Positions 48,392-60,863 of a stretch of DNA of 64,000 nt are shown piece by piece; the stretch's first letter is position 1; each line of letters begins with the position of its first letter. Source of the stretch: Deltaproteobacteria bacterium (GTDB lineage: Bacteria; SAR324; NAC60-12); the NCBI GenBank assembly GCA_002685535.1, contig NYXK01000235.1, positions 8,058 to 72,057 of the forward strand. The letters run 5' to 3'. The notes under the pieces were generated by a model that did no database searches, was not told the DNA's origin, and saw only the letters and a list, made by a program, of their open reading frames with translations. The position numbers and the translations under genes were made by a program.

Positions 48392-50123
48392 GGTGGTGGA
48401 TGATGTGTTCGGAATCTGGAATTTGGGGTTTTGTAATGGTCTTGGTGCTGAAAGGAATATAATGTGCGAGTCGTGGAGAGAGGAAGAGCTTGGTGGAGGG
48501 CAGGGCAGAATGCCAGAGGTAGATTTTTGTTTTGTTGAGATAGGCTAGAGCGGCAGGGGTTGGCATCACCGAGGATTGTGACTGCAGAGCTGTGTGCAAT
48601 AATCCTTCTTGATAGCTTCAACTACCTATTTATGCTTCTATTGAAGGCCGATCTATCAGATATAAGTGTCGTATGCTTGGACGAGGGTACGGAATGTTAT
48701 TCGCGGAATTCCTCTGCCTACTATATTTTATATTTTTACCATCTTTAGATTGTTGTCAAATAGAACTGCGTCAACAAAATGTGAGGATATCACACAAAAA
48801 CCAAATCGAGCATTAATCGAATCGACTAACTGAGCAGTTCTACGGGAAATACAAATATCGAGAAGTTTAATGGGTCAGATGTATGCAATTAGAGACTGAT
48901 TACCAACTGCAAGAACCAGAATCGCCTCTCAGTTGTAGCTGATGTGCAGAAATTGGAACTGGTGCAGAACAAGATCAAATATCACCAAAGCCCAAAGGTA
49001 TTTCTGTCACAACCATCAGGATACGCAAATATCGACTCATTGCTGGATAGAAGATTTCCTTGTTTGTTTTGCTTCCTCCTCCCCTTCCCCAATTCTACAG
49101 CCTTTGGCTAGCCGCATCTCCTGCCGTCTTGCATACACAAAGCAAATCCGAAAAAGTTACTCCCATCAAGAGGAGCTTCCTCTTTCTTTTCATCTCTCTT
49201 AGCTGTTGACGTCTTCTCTGGATGCAACATACATCTCAAATTACGGGGATTGGCTGTGGAGGCCTGGGAGAACGCCGACTCTTGCTTGGGTCTCAAGCTC
49301 TCCTCCTCTCTCTTGCGAGCAATCCACCTAGCCTTAGCTTCCTTGCCTTCGAGGTACTTGAGATAGCCATCATGGTGACCACGAAGGTCGCTTATCTGGA
49401 GAGCTGCAAGACCAGCAGGTAGGGATGAGGTGGGAACAGCTGGGCTTTTGTTGCTGGACTTTGCCTTGGTCACCTTGCTCGAAGAGCTTCTTGGAAATCG
49501 AGAGTCGGGCTTTCTTGGAGCACCCGGACACTCTAGAGCTGGTGGAAATATGTTAGAACATCTGAATTGGAATCAAGAAGTTATGTTGTTGACGCACCAT
49601 TTCGTCTGCGGTTGGCAGGAGTCGAAGGAGCATTTTCACTCGGTATCTTTGCTGTTTTGTTGAGGTATGGGTTCTGATGAAGTCAGCAAGTCTTCGTACC
49701 AAATATTCAAGGGACACCATACTGCACAAGATGTGTATAGTATTGGTATTGAGTGTCGAGTTATCTTGCTCGAGATATGGATATCGGGAATGTCGAGAAA
49801 CTCAAGGTCGTCGTTGATGAAGAGGTGGATGGGGACTTCGGAAAAGAGAAAGTGCTTTTCATGTACAAAGTGGAGAGGCGAATGATGGAGACTGAAGAGC
49901 GAAGCTAAGAAGGTAGTCAGTGAATATGAAGTCGCAATCCTTTGTCAATTCAACAAAGCTAGTCAGCATGAGACAGATCACATGATCATGCCCCGACTCC
50001 GTCAATGCAATGTACATCTTTAGTTCTCGAGTATATACAGATGATGGTAAAACCTCCTGGTCTCTTGAAAAGAGTGGACAGTTTCGTTAAGCCCCAACTT
50101 GAAGCGAGTCATAACGAAGGCTT

Positions 50124-50941
<818 letters not shown>

Positions 50942-50992
50942 TTAACACGGTGGATGATAGTCTTACCCCTTATACCAGAGGGGTCTCATCCT

Positions 50993-50999
50993 TTTATAC
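50993..50999 (-). promoter_or_regulatory. TATA box (GTATAAAAGG on the minus strand) about 70 nt upstream of the GH11 start codon
   Basis: The plus strand reads ccttttatac, so the minus strand reads GTATAAAAGG. Position and orientation fit the GH11 gene. Confidence 0.5.
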
Positions 51000-51112
51000 T
51001 TTTCCAATCCATCAAAAGCGAACACTGCCCCTCAATTTTCGCTCCCGTTTGCTGATCTCGTCTGCTCATGGACCATGAGGTCGTTCGAATTGACAGAGGC
51101 TGATTCAAGCAT

Positions 51113-51127
51113 TTAGCCTTGGCGGGG
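51113..51127 (-). promoter_or_regulatory. Candidate XlnR-type GGCTAA site abutting a CreA-type GCGGGG (SYGGRG) site in the GH11 promoter
   Basis: Plus ttagcc at 51113-51118 equals GGCTAA on the gene strand. gcgggg lies at 51122-51127. Both are about 190-200 nt upstream of the ATG. Six-mers like these occur by chance, so this is only a candidate. Confidence 0.3.
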
Positions 51128-51917
51128 TCCAAATTGTTCGGACCAATCCATTGGAGGATCAAGAAAGGCTTGTCGTATAGAAGCAATATTGGCAAGTCCG
51201 TGGCGTCTGGGGTTAATTACCGGTACTTCAATCCGCAGCATTCAGTGGATCGACTCTGCCGATTGGGGATCCGGTTGAATGCCTGAGGAGCATCATCACC
51301 CAGAGTTTCGTCGATGGCAGGCACGGGCTTGCGAATGAAAGTATAAGTGAGCGGGTAAGTTTCAATCAAGCAAAGTGTGTATTTATCCGAAGCACTGGGA
51401 ATGGAACCCCTCATATCGTACATTTTATTGACGTCGCGTGGAGAAAAGGGGTCAGCGAGCTGATCTGCGGGGCGAAGATCTGCGGACTTTGTTTGTTTCA
51501 GCCGAACATTAACAACTTCTCTTGGTTTGGCGGGCGGGAGCGAGCTAAAAATCTCGACTTAGGCTTCATTCTTCTTCAAGAAGAATCCTGTCAAAGTGGT
51601 AGGGTGTCTCGTACTAGCCCAAAGCACATGAGGGGTTTCGAGAATCAGTCCAGAATTGCTGGAACTTGTTGGCGGCGAAGGCAGAAGACAAGAGTGAGCT
51701 GGAATTCAAACAGTCCGCAGACAGGATTTAAACTAGAAATTATGTAGTACGGACTCAGATTGTCAGTTCGGTGGGATCTTAACAATCTCCTGACGATGCT
51801 TTTCGGATTTGCTTCTGTCCCATGCGACCATGCAGGCATTTCCATTGACCACCCCCACTCTTCACAAGCCATCACTTCCCAAGAAAAGCAGACTTTTCTC
51901 CCAATCCCAATTGAGGT

Positions 51918-52705
51918 ATGTCAACTCTTGCAAGTCCCAAGATCCTCGTCAGAGAAGCCAGTTCTTCTCTTGGAGACGTAGACTTCATCGTCTCAGCCTT
52001 CGACTCAACCCTCCCCTACCTCCAATCCATCGGAAGCGGCGAACAATGGGGCGCTACACCATTTTTCGAACGAGAAGGCTTCCTTCAGGAAACATTTGAA
52101 TCTGTTGCAAGGTCCGAGAAGTATGCCAAAACCAGATCTGGACAGCAAATAAGCGTCTTGATTGCGGAGGTCGAGTGTCCAGATGGGATGCCGGATGGAC
52201 CACATTCGAGAGTGGATGAAGATGGTAGGAGACTAGTGGCTGTTGGGACTGCGACGGTTCGTGGGGAGTGGTTTCCGGAGTATCTGATGAAGCAAAAGAG
52301 CTTTGACCGTGTTGAGATGAGAGACTTTCTGTATATTGAAGTCATGGTTACGCACCATCGCATGGGTTTGGCGATTAAGGGAGCTGGTGCTACGTTGATG
52401 GAGAACATTCTGAAGTATGCTCGGAACGAGGGAAAGAAGGTTCTTTATGTTGATGGAGTAAGTGGCAAGTTTCCTAGTCGACAGAAGTGCTGACTTAATT
52501 CAGTGGGCCGGGAATGATCGCAAGCTAATCCAGTAATATTGGGGAAAGGTTAAAGCAAAGTCTCGTCGGAAACATGCTGAAACATATCAGCTACTACGAA
52601 CGACAAGGATTTCAAGTAGTGGGAGACTTCTCCTTCCCACGTAAGAGCGGGTTGATCTGGCTAGGAACATTATTGAAAATGGACATCCGAACAGGAGCAG
52701 ATTAA
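51918..52705 (+). CDS. GNAT-family N-acetyltransferase (putative)
   Basis: Exon 1 is 51918..about 52459 (...FLYIEVMVTHHRMGLAIKGAGATLMENILKYARNEGKKVLYVDG). GTAAGT intron. Short exon WAGNDRKLI. GTAATA intron with GCTGAA...CAG. Final exon YYERQGFQVVGDFSFPRKSGLIWLGTLLKMD...*. The R-x-x-G-x-G/A acetyl-CoA loop and C-terminal YYE..GF are GNAT-like. Confidence 0.6.
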
Positions 52706-53776
52706 CATTGAGTACATGGCTTACTCTCCTCGAAACAATACTTAAATGTGTCGTCAAGTTGAGATGTGCTGTCAGACACACGAAACGAGTCTATCCGTCG
52801 ACGTGTTGGCCTTCTTTCTGAAAACTTACCATTTCTAATTGTGTTACTCACGTCACGCGAATCACGAAAGGTCAGAATTCTACATTGGAAAAAGCTTTAC
52901 TGCTATGCTGCTGCGTACAGTCATACTGGCACGCACTCCAAGACAGAATCCAGGAGCAGAGACCTCATCCAGACAAAAATGCCCCAATAATAGCCAAGCA
53001 GATAATCTATCAATACCCGAGTCGGACCCATGCATGCAGAATAACGTCGACTCAAGGAAATAGTAATGTTACGCAGGAAAATGTCCATACCCGCTCTCAA
53101 CACTCCATTCAATCTCTCATCCAGAAAAGATCTTCATCTTCGTCATTCGGATTTCGCTGAACAAATGGATCAGGGTCTTCCTTCGCCGAGTCAGTCTGTT
53201 TTACCGACGGCAACTCTGTACCAGGAGCAACGGCGAGCCTCAGTCGAGCTCCCCGAAGAGCTGGACCGATGTTGACCGATCGAATCGGCAACTCGTATCT
53301 CTTTTAAGCATCTTCTTCTGTGTATTTCACGCCTTTCATTTGGTCATCTTCCTCCGAGCCGGGGTTTATTTCATCTGACATGTCCTCGTTCCAGTGGAGT
53401 CTGCTTGGCGAGCCGCGCAGCGGTAGAAGGTCGTCAAGATGCCTCATCATCAGAGTCGTCGAAACTTGGAAGGAGCATCGAGGTACAAGGAGATCTAGAA
53501 ACGCTCTGACTAGCTGTTGGACTGACTTTGCAGAAGGGCTTGCTGTTCTGACTAGCAGATATTGAGCCAACGAACCAGATAGAGCCCAGCATGGGACACT
53601 GGGATAGTAGGTATTGTTCGTTTGCTACAAACTTGTCAGCCAATAGTCAGAACCATGGGGAGAGATCAAGATGTATCTTTGTAATGCTTCTCAGAGACTT
53701 GGAACTTATGGTCTAATATCTTGCTAAGCCATTCACTGGGCCGGTCATCGAAAGGCACAGGTTTACTCATTTCCAA

Positions 53777-54208
53777 TTAGCGACAGTGGTACGTATTAAA
53801 GGAGCAAGGCTCCTTACACATGTGCGCCAAAGCGTCCTTGTCAAATCTCAACTTCCTCAATGCCACGAAATCGAAGAACCTGTGCCGTATCTTCATCTCA
53901 AATCTAGCGCTGTCTGTGCTGCAGAGCTCATTATATTCTGTGAGTGTCTCGGTATCCACGAACACTCTATTTTCCCTTAGATTCTCCAATATTCGAACGG
54001 CGGAGAGTAAATAAAGGCGGGAGTATGAGCTCTGCTGGGATTTCGGTGGATTAAGGAGGTATTCGCGGATTCTAGCCTCCAGAACCCTGTGGGTGGCATC
54101 CTTGACGGATTTTGCCAAATACCAGAAGCTCTGCCTCGCTCCATGCTGCATTGAGGTTATCGCCTTTTCCATGGGAGGTTTCGTTGTTTCGATATTGGAG
54201 GATGACAC
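53777..54208 (-). CDS. Hypothetical ORF (part of an unresolved minus-strand locus 53304..54627)
   Basis: 143-codon ORF with structured-looking sequence (RLYLLSAVRILENLRENRVFVDTETLTEYNELC...FFDFVALRKLRFDKDALAHM). A candidate upstream mini-exon MPSENMPPKAPGAGQDFI plus a GTAAGT...TTACTAAC...TAG intron at about 54215-54320 does not join in frame. Neighbouring ORFs 53304..53570(-), 53434..53643(-) and 54364..54627(-) may belong to the same or adjacent genes. Confidence 0.3.
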   Translation of the reverse strand: MSSSNIETTKPPMEKAITSMQHGARQSFWYLAKSVKDATHRVLEARIREYLLNPPKSQQSSYSRLYLLSAVRILENLRENRVFVDTETLTEYNELCSTDSARFEMKIRHRFFDFVALRKLRFDKDALAHMCKEPCSFNTYHCR

Positions 54209-54900
54209 ACGCTAGAAATTGTTAGTAATAGTACGTGGATCTTGCTTGTGGGATGCACTTACGAATGAAATCCTGCCCAGCGCCAGGAGCCTTGGGAGGC
54301 ATATTCTCGGATGGCATATTGCTCGTCGACGATGGTGGATAGGAGTTACAGGGATTGTCGATTTTAAGTGCTAGGTTCATATGAAGCGATCAAGTGCTCA
54401 AGCAAGTGCGAGTGGTTTGGATATCGAATTGCGAGCCTCTCGAAGTCGAAATGCTGGTCAAGCAGGAAGAATTTCTCACATGATGAGCAGAGCAGGTTGG
54501 TTTTGGTCACAGGGCGTGTCCACATCGGGCATCTAGTCTGTCGAAATGCTACGATAATGAGTGAATAGATTTCGAAAGTGTTGATTTGGTGTACATCATT
54601 CACCGATAGACCGGGCGTGAAATTCAAGATGGTTTTTGATGTGGGGATAGTGACGGTTGTGATTCACTAGAGCTAGCCGGTAGTAATCAACTAGAAATGA
54701 ACGCAAATCTTCAGCTCCGAAGAGGGAGTAAGGGAACATGGTTATCGCAGGGACAAGAGGGCTGGTCAGGCATATCTGTCTCGTACTGTAAGACTACAGA
54801 GAAAGATCCATCAAGAGGTAAGTGGATACAATCAGTTGAAACGCAGCATATAATACAAGCAAAAAATGAGAGGTTACCAATACATATAAGGACATGAGAT

Positions 54901-56663
54901 CTAGCAGAGCCCGTTCACCTCCGCCGTCGGCCATTCCAACCACCTCTCCCACCGCCTATCGCCACCAAGCTCATACCTCACAGCTCCCAGCAATGACCCG
55001 GCCTTTCCTCTGATCCACCACAGGTCTTCTGCTCTCTTTAGAACAACGCAGTATACCGCAATCAAGACCAGAGCTTGTGGCACTCGAGACTCTACCATGT
55101 CGCAGAACCGAGACGGGAGGAGAGTCGACCAGCTGAGTACTGCGATGCTGGCGCTTATCTGGGTTGGAGGTAGTGCGACATTCGAAGTCGATGAGGCGAG
55201 ATTTGTTCTGGGAGATTCAAGGATAGCGAGCAGATTGAAGACGTAATGTAGGGTCTGTAGTGTCTCTTCTAGCGCGTCGATGTCCTCCTCACTGAGGACG
55301 TTAGCAAAGTCATCGTTGGTGGCAGAGGAGGTCTCGGTCCAGCATGTGGCAACGAGATCGAGATTCTCGGAATCGCAGCGATTGATGTCACTTTGGTACA
55401 TGGGGTGAGGATGGCGATAGATGTGGTCGTAATTTATTGTTCGCCATGGGTCAACGATGTCATGATATTCGCTTGCGGAGACCCAGGCGTAGGTTTTGGA
55501 GACGATGAGATGGCCGCCACGCTGAATCTTGTACCATGGTACTGCTTTTTTGCGAGTGATTTTGGGTTTGGAAGCGGAGTCAGGTGGGATTTTGTCTAGG
55601 ATTTGCGCTGATGGCGAGGTGTCAGATGGAAAGAATAGGTCGGCACCCCTCGCACCAGGTGTTGCCCAAGCAACAAGCTGAGATAACTCGCACATGCTGC
55701 GCAGGCAGCTGAGTTGCTAGCGGAGAGATTTTGTATCTCGTGTCGGAAAAGTGTGATGCATCTGGTATGATACAGAGTGGCGAGGTATTGGTACTCCTTG
55801 GCAAGACTTTTCTGGTGAGAGACGCTATTGTCTGAGGAGTGTAGGAATGAGAGATGGAGGGCAGACAGCGAGAACAAGGCGTAGAGAAGGTATATTTGCG
55901 AGAAGGAGAGCGTGACGATGCTTGTACCCCATATGTTGGAGCCGGTCATGTGTGAACCTAGCATGGAGACACTGGTTTGTGTGGTGTAGAAGTGGAGTAG
56001 GTGGAGATCTTGGGTGTTGAATGTGGTTCCGAAACAGCTTGATTGCAGCTTCGGACTGTTTATTTTGATTGTACTGTGTGACTGTGACCTGGTCTGGGAA
56101 AGTTCGTTTTGGGTGTCCTGGCGTTGGAGACTGTTGTGAGGGTGTGTTGCTGTCTTCTGACATTGCCGTGAATTTCGAGACCCCGCAGGTATGTACTGAA
56201 GGTATGAACAGGACAGCTTATAGCTAATGCACTTCTGACAAGACGGTTTCGATTCGTCACACTGGAATCTAGTTTTTAGATAGAGGAGGATAGTTTGGAT
56301 TGTGCCACCCTCTGGCTGCGGAGCATTTGTGCCATGCCAGCAAATCCGAACATGAAAACTATAGCTAGAAGAGCCAAGAGTACGATGATCATGGTCTCCA
56401 TGACTGATTGCGAGAAAACGGTCAAAAGAGCAAGAAAGGAAGTGATGCGAATTGCGAAAGGTTTGTGACAGTTTTGAGAGCTGGATGCTGGTGGTGGCTT
56501 CTTTTATGCTGAGAACTTTCTACCAACGGCCAAGACCGCACTTTGCGGGTCGGCATCTCTGAGAATAGGAGACCAATAGGAATGAAACAGAGCTTTTTCA
56601 TACCTTGATCTTTCTCGTCTTGCATTGCAGACACCCAGTCCGGCTCTTGGGATAGCGCACCAT
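54901..56663 (-). CDS. Zn(II)2Cys6 transcription factor of the Fungal_trans_2 (PF11951-like) type; zinc cluster split by a 342-nt intron
   Basis: Exon 1 is 56604..56663 and encodes MVRYPKSRTGCLQCKTRKIK, followed by a GTATGA donor. Exon 2 starts at 56261 behind TTCCAG and encodes CDESKPSCQKCISYKLSCSYL. Joined, they give a perfect C-x2-C-x6-C-x6-C-x2-C-x6-C cluster. Exon 2 continues through FNTQDLHLLHFYTTQTS and LLYALFSLSALHLSFL. A tentative 86-nt intron 55608..55693 (GTGCGA...CTGAC...CAG) restores the frame into the 264-aa C-terminal ORF 54901..55607. Confidence 0.75.
56276..56401 (-). other. 41-codon micro-ORF with one predicted TM helix, inside the 342-nt intron of the Zn2Cys6 gene
   Basis: ATG at 56401, stop at 56276-56278. 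Peptide METMIIVLLALLAIVFMFGFAGMAQMLRSQRVAQSKLSSSI. Same strand as the host gene. There is no evidence of expression. Confidence 0.2.
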
Positions 56664-57444
56664 TGCCAAGTATCTGCCCCGCTGTTCCTCCACTCACACC
56701 AATCGCAGGATGCTGAAACCGAGGATGAGGATACACTGATTAGAGGGCAAAAAATATATAGCTTAAACTTGGGAAATGGGTAGAGTTGGAGAAGCCTTCC
56801 AGAGCAATGTGCCGTCGTTGGTGGTGGCTGGGTGGGGAATAGGGGTTGGTGAGTGGCCCAATCGGAAACCAGCGAAAGCGAGCTTGGCAGAGGTGGATGA
56901 GTAAGGTAAGGACCTCAAAGTTCACGGTCACTTCTTCATCATGGTACACGCACGTTCTTCCTGAGAACATAAACTGTCAATCGAAGTAGGTCAGTTGTTC
57001 TGATCTCCATCTAGAAGTAACATGTAATCTCAGTTCCAAGCATGCTTTGATGAGATATTCAAGACTTTCCTAGTACCAAATCTATCTTATGTCCGGCATT
57101 GGAGGTCAAGAGCTTGGGAAGGAAAGTATTTCGACATGTATGCAATGCTTTTCGTTCAGGCAAATGTAGGCGGAGATATCGAAATATCATCAGAAGAACG
57201 GGAAAGAGTTCGACGTGAGCACGTATTATGTCACGACGGGTATAGAATTTCTGGTAGGGACGCAGAATCGATTGTTCTGTAAACAGGGGCAATTCATGAG
57301 CGAATATCATGATCCACAAAGCAAGTTCGCCCTTACACCATGCACCTCGCTACCCATAGTTATGATCCATCACCTGAAAGCTACTGGTATAATCTTTGGC
57401 CAATCTCCTGGGGAGAACGCCGAAAGATACAGATCCGCTAATGC

Positions 57445-59195
57445 TTACCAGCCGCCGTCGTTCATCGAATCAGCCCAATTGCTGCCTCCGTTGCCATCGG
57501 CACCAAAGTTATCTATTGATGCATCAGTACAGCTCATAAAGAGTCGTAAACTTTTGCTCTGACATTCAGACTGCAGAAGAGGGGGAACAGGGCTACTGAC
57601 CAGTTGGGAATGAATCACCACCAGAGCCAAAGTCCTCGGCACCACCAGATACCTCCTCGGGCTGAGTGAAACCAGTGGATGGCTGCGAGAAACCACCTGC
57701 GTTACCACCATTGCCGCCGTCACGGGGAGGTCTAGGAGCATTCAACTATGCATATTGTATTAGCCAAGTTCTGGATACTCGTAGGACTTGGAGATGTGCT
57801 AAGGCCAAATTTCCTCAGAACCAGACAGAACTTGACTTACCCATTCATCAGCGATAGCCTGAATCGAGTCCATTGCCTTCTTGATTGCACCCTTTCGGCC
57901 GGTGAGAGTGACATTGACAAGCTCGCGAGCACGAGGGCGTTGTTCAGTCTTCTCGGGCATCTTGATGTCCTTGACACCAGAGATAGACTTCAACTCATTG
58001 ATTTTGGCACCCTTTGGGCCGATGATGACACCGGTACAACCGGCTGGGACCTGCAATACATCCTCATGCTCGCTTTGATCATTATCATCCTCCTTATCGT
58101 CACCAGTCTTGGCGGGCTCGGGGTCAATGATCTCGATAGCCGTGCTACCGTCCTGGGTGAAGGCTATAGGGTGAAAGTCAGTTACTGAATGTCATAGAGA
58201 GTCTTGAGAAAATTGAGGTGAGATGTTGATGGTACCAGTGGGTGGATGTTTGAGCTCGGTGTTTATGGCAAGAACGCATGGAGATAAATGTCACAAAGCG
58301 GTTTGGAGACATGTTGTGTAAGGATAAGTTGCAAAATAGGAATTAGCACAGTGATGGGACGCGACTTACCAGACATGCGCTCACGAAGATACTTGACAAC
58401 GAAGTTCCAGCGAGGGGTCCAGTAGAACTTGGTGGTACCAGCGACTGCCTTACTACCAGCTTTATCCTTCTTGGCCTCGGGGGCATTGGCAGCGTGGTCT
58501 GACCAGATGGTCTATTCAGGCTTTGTTAGTAGATTCCAGTAATGGGTAACTTTGATTACTAACAAGACCATATTCGTCTTCGGAAAGCTCCGAGTCCGCA
58601 AAGTTTACGAAAGCCCGAGCAGTCCAGACGTTGTTGGCACCCAAGTAGTGGTGGACACCAATATCGATCTTGCGACCGTTATACTCATGTTGGTGGTAGA
58701 TCTCAGTGTCGGTGACCTTGTTGTCAACTGGTGCTGGGACATGACGGGTGATCTTGGCGAGGAACAACTCCTTGTTGATGAAGTTGAGTAGATCAACGCG
58801 CTCTTGAGCGGTCTAACGAGAGCTTGTTAGCTTGTATATCGTCTCGATGCTGGGATATCAAGACGCGTCGCAATGTTGTTGACAGGTTCCGAGCATATGG
58901 ATGTGGAAGGTGAGGGTATAGGTGCGAGCAGTGCTGATGAAGGATGTGGATGATCACATACCTCTCTCTCCTCTCCAGTCAATTCATCGTTAACAATGAA
59001 GAAGACCTCATCCTCTGTGTGCGGGGTGTCGTTGAATTCCTTGGCGTTTTTGGGATTACCATCATCATCAGCCAGGATCTCGAACATGCTGACATTGTTG
59101 AAGCGTCGATCAACTTGAGCGTTGCCACCCTTCTTGCCCTTCTTGGCGCCTCCCAATGGAACGTTCTCCTTGGTGTTGACGTTTGATTGCGCCAT
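57445..59195 (-). CDS. KH-domain RNA-binding protein with an uncharacterised N-terminal domain and Gly/Asn-rich tail
   Basis: Six exons: 58962..59195, 58564..58812, 58370..58511, 57841..58163, 57601..57745 and 57445..57512, all junctions in frame. KH core LQVPAGCTGVIIGPKGAKINELKSISGVKDIKMP. N-terminal conserved-looking block ITRHVPAPVDNKVTDTEIYHQHEYNGRKIDIGVHHYLGANNVWTARAF. Tail GGNGGNAGGFSQP...DNFGADGNGGSNWADSMNDGGW*. Confidence 0.75.
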
Positions 59196-60863
59196 CTTGA
59201 TGATGTTGCAGATTGGTCGTGTGCTTGTTGTGTTTTGTCGAAGGAGGAGGTCGAGGAGGAAGAGATCGCGGATCTTATACGCCTACCGACACCATTAAGC
59301 GAAAGATCTAGGTGGGTTACGCTAGGATGATAGCCGCTAGCAAGAGTACGTGCTCTGTAGAGCTTTATTCTGCCCATCTTCTTCCTTCCTCAAGCTTCTG
59401 TGGAGCTTGATTGGGCTGTGTAGGAAGATTCGGCGAACGATTACCCAGAGGCTGACGGGCTCCTGCATATTCATCACATTGCAAACGGGAAAGGTGACTT
59501 GAGCCGGCGCCGGATCCTATCACCGATGAATATAGCCAACGAATATGCTCTTGTCAAGTGCTTGAGGTATTGGAAAGCATTGCCTAATTTGAGATTGAAA
59601 TGAAAATAGAGCAAATGTAAACAAAGAACGCTAACATAAAGAGAAATGACACAAAGCAGACGTTAAACAAAGCGGACGCGTATAAAGTGTATGACCATGT
59701 CGTCCATCACTCTCAACTTCTGGTCACCTCCAATAAATTCTAATGGCATAAGTATATCCATAACTTCGGACACCATCTGGTCGATCTTACCAGGTCTTTT
59801 TTTGCACACCAAAATAACTTTACTGTCCCCTCAGAATAATGTAGCAGCCTGCTCAAGTCTTGAAGTGCAACCTTCATGAAAGAGTGACACCCTAATACCC
59901 TCTATTACCACTCTATAGGCCAACATTCTCTGAGTTTAGTGGCTCTATACTTTTCAAGTTTAGCTCCATTCTTCTTTCAAGGAGAAATACGCAGTGCCAA
60001 GCTCGGCAGCCGTCAAGCACTACTTCGACCATACCAACTCCTTTCCCACACCCATGCAGTAGCTCCACCTTGAGCCATCAGCATCACACCTTCATTGATG
60101 TACAATTCGTCCTCCTGTTTCAAGATCATTGCAAGTCAACATCAGCTTCGCTTACGACTTGGCGCTTCTTGAAGCTTTGTGGGGCAGATGAGGTTTTCAG
60201 GACCTGGGGGCTTGAATGTCCTACGCCGAGGGCTAAAGCTGGCTTCAGTACTAGGTCACAGTCTTCTGATACACTCAAAGAGTGTGTGAGCATTGGATTG
60301 TTTGAAAAATGCTTCCAGTACACAACATGCGTAAAAGTGATTTTGATGAATACTTGAAGAGACCCTTCTCCATCGCCGCCTTGGACCGCAGGCAGACTTC
60401 ATTCATGGAATTCTCCTCAATAGGCACGGCATCCGCGAGATATTACAGAGTTTGCTCTTGACTCTAACTTGTTGTTGGGCCACACCACAAATGGTTACAC
60501 CAGGACCTGACTCAGAACCCCCTTCAGATCCTCGAAAGTCCACATCCGCTTTTTACTAGACGCTGGGTCTACAAGAAAAGCTGGATCCTCTTCCTCTGCC
60601 TTCGCATCCTGAATAAATCCATGGGTTGTCGCAAAGCCTTCTTCATAGTAAATGCCTTCCCCAGAACACTGCAAGCAACAGCCACCCGTTGTAAATCGAA
60701 GCAAGGCACGCTGACATTGCTTTAACACGCAGAAAGCTGAGTCTAACGTCTCCTTCAGTAATGTCACAGAAATCTTTGCACTGGCGCCAGCTTCAAACAC
60801 AAGATCTCACAAGGCTTGGAAAACGAACTTCATGGGTATCTCTATTTTGATTTCTTTACCTCC

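Noticed and set aside
56262-56603. Possibility that the long introns (also 61890..62218) host box C/D or H/ACA snoRNAs
   Set aside because: A manual scan found no properly spaced C (RUGAUGA) and D (CUGA) boxes with terminal stems, and no hairpin-H-hairpin-ACA layout. It remains only a low-confidence idea for the NOG2 intron.
60495-60800. 101-codon minus-strand ORF (…GGCCLQCSGEGIYYEEGFATTHGFIQDAKAEEEDPAFLVDPASSKKRMWTFEDLKG…) directly downstream of NOG2
   Set aside because: The ORF is anchored on a GTG, not an ATG. The first in-frame ATG is near its end. It begins only about 60 nt after the NOG2 stop on the same strand. I found no acceptor that would make it an exon. It is most likely NOG2 3' UTR with a chance open frame.
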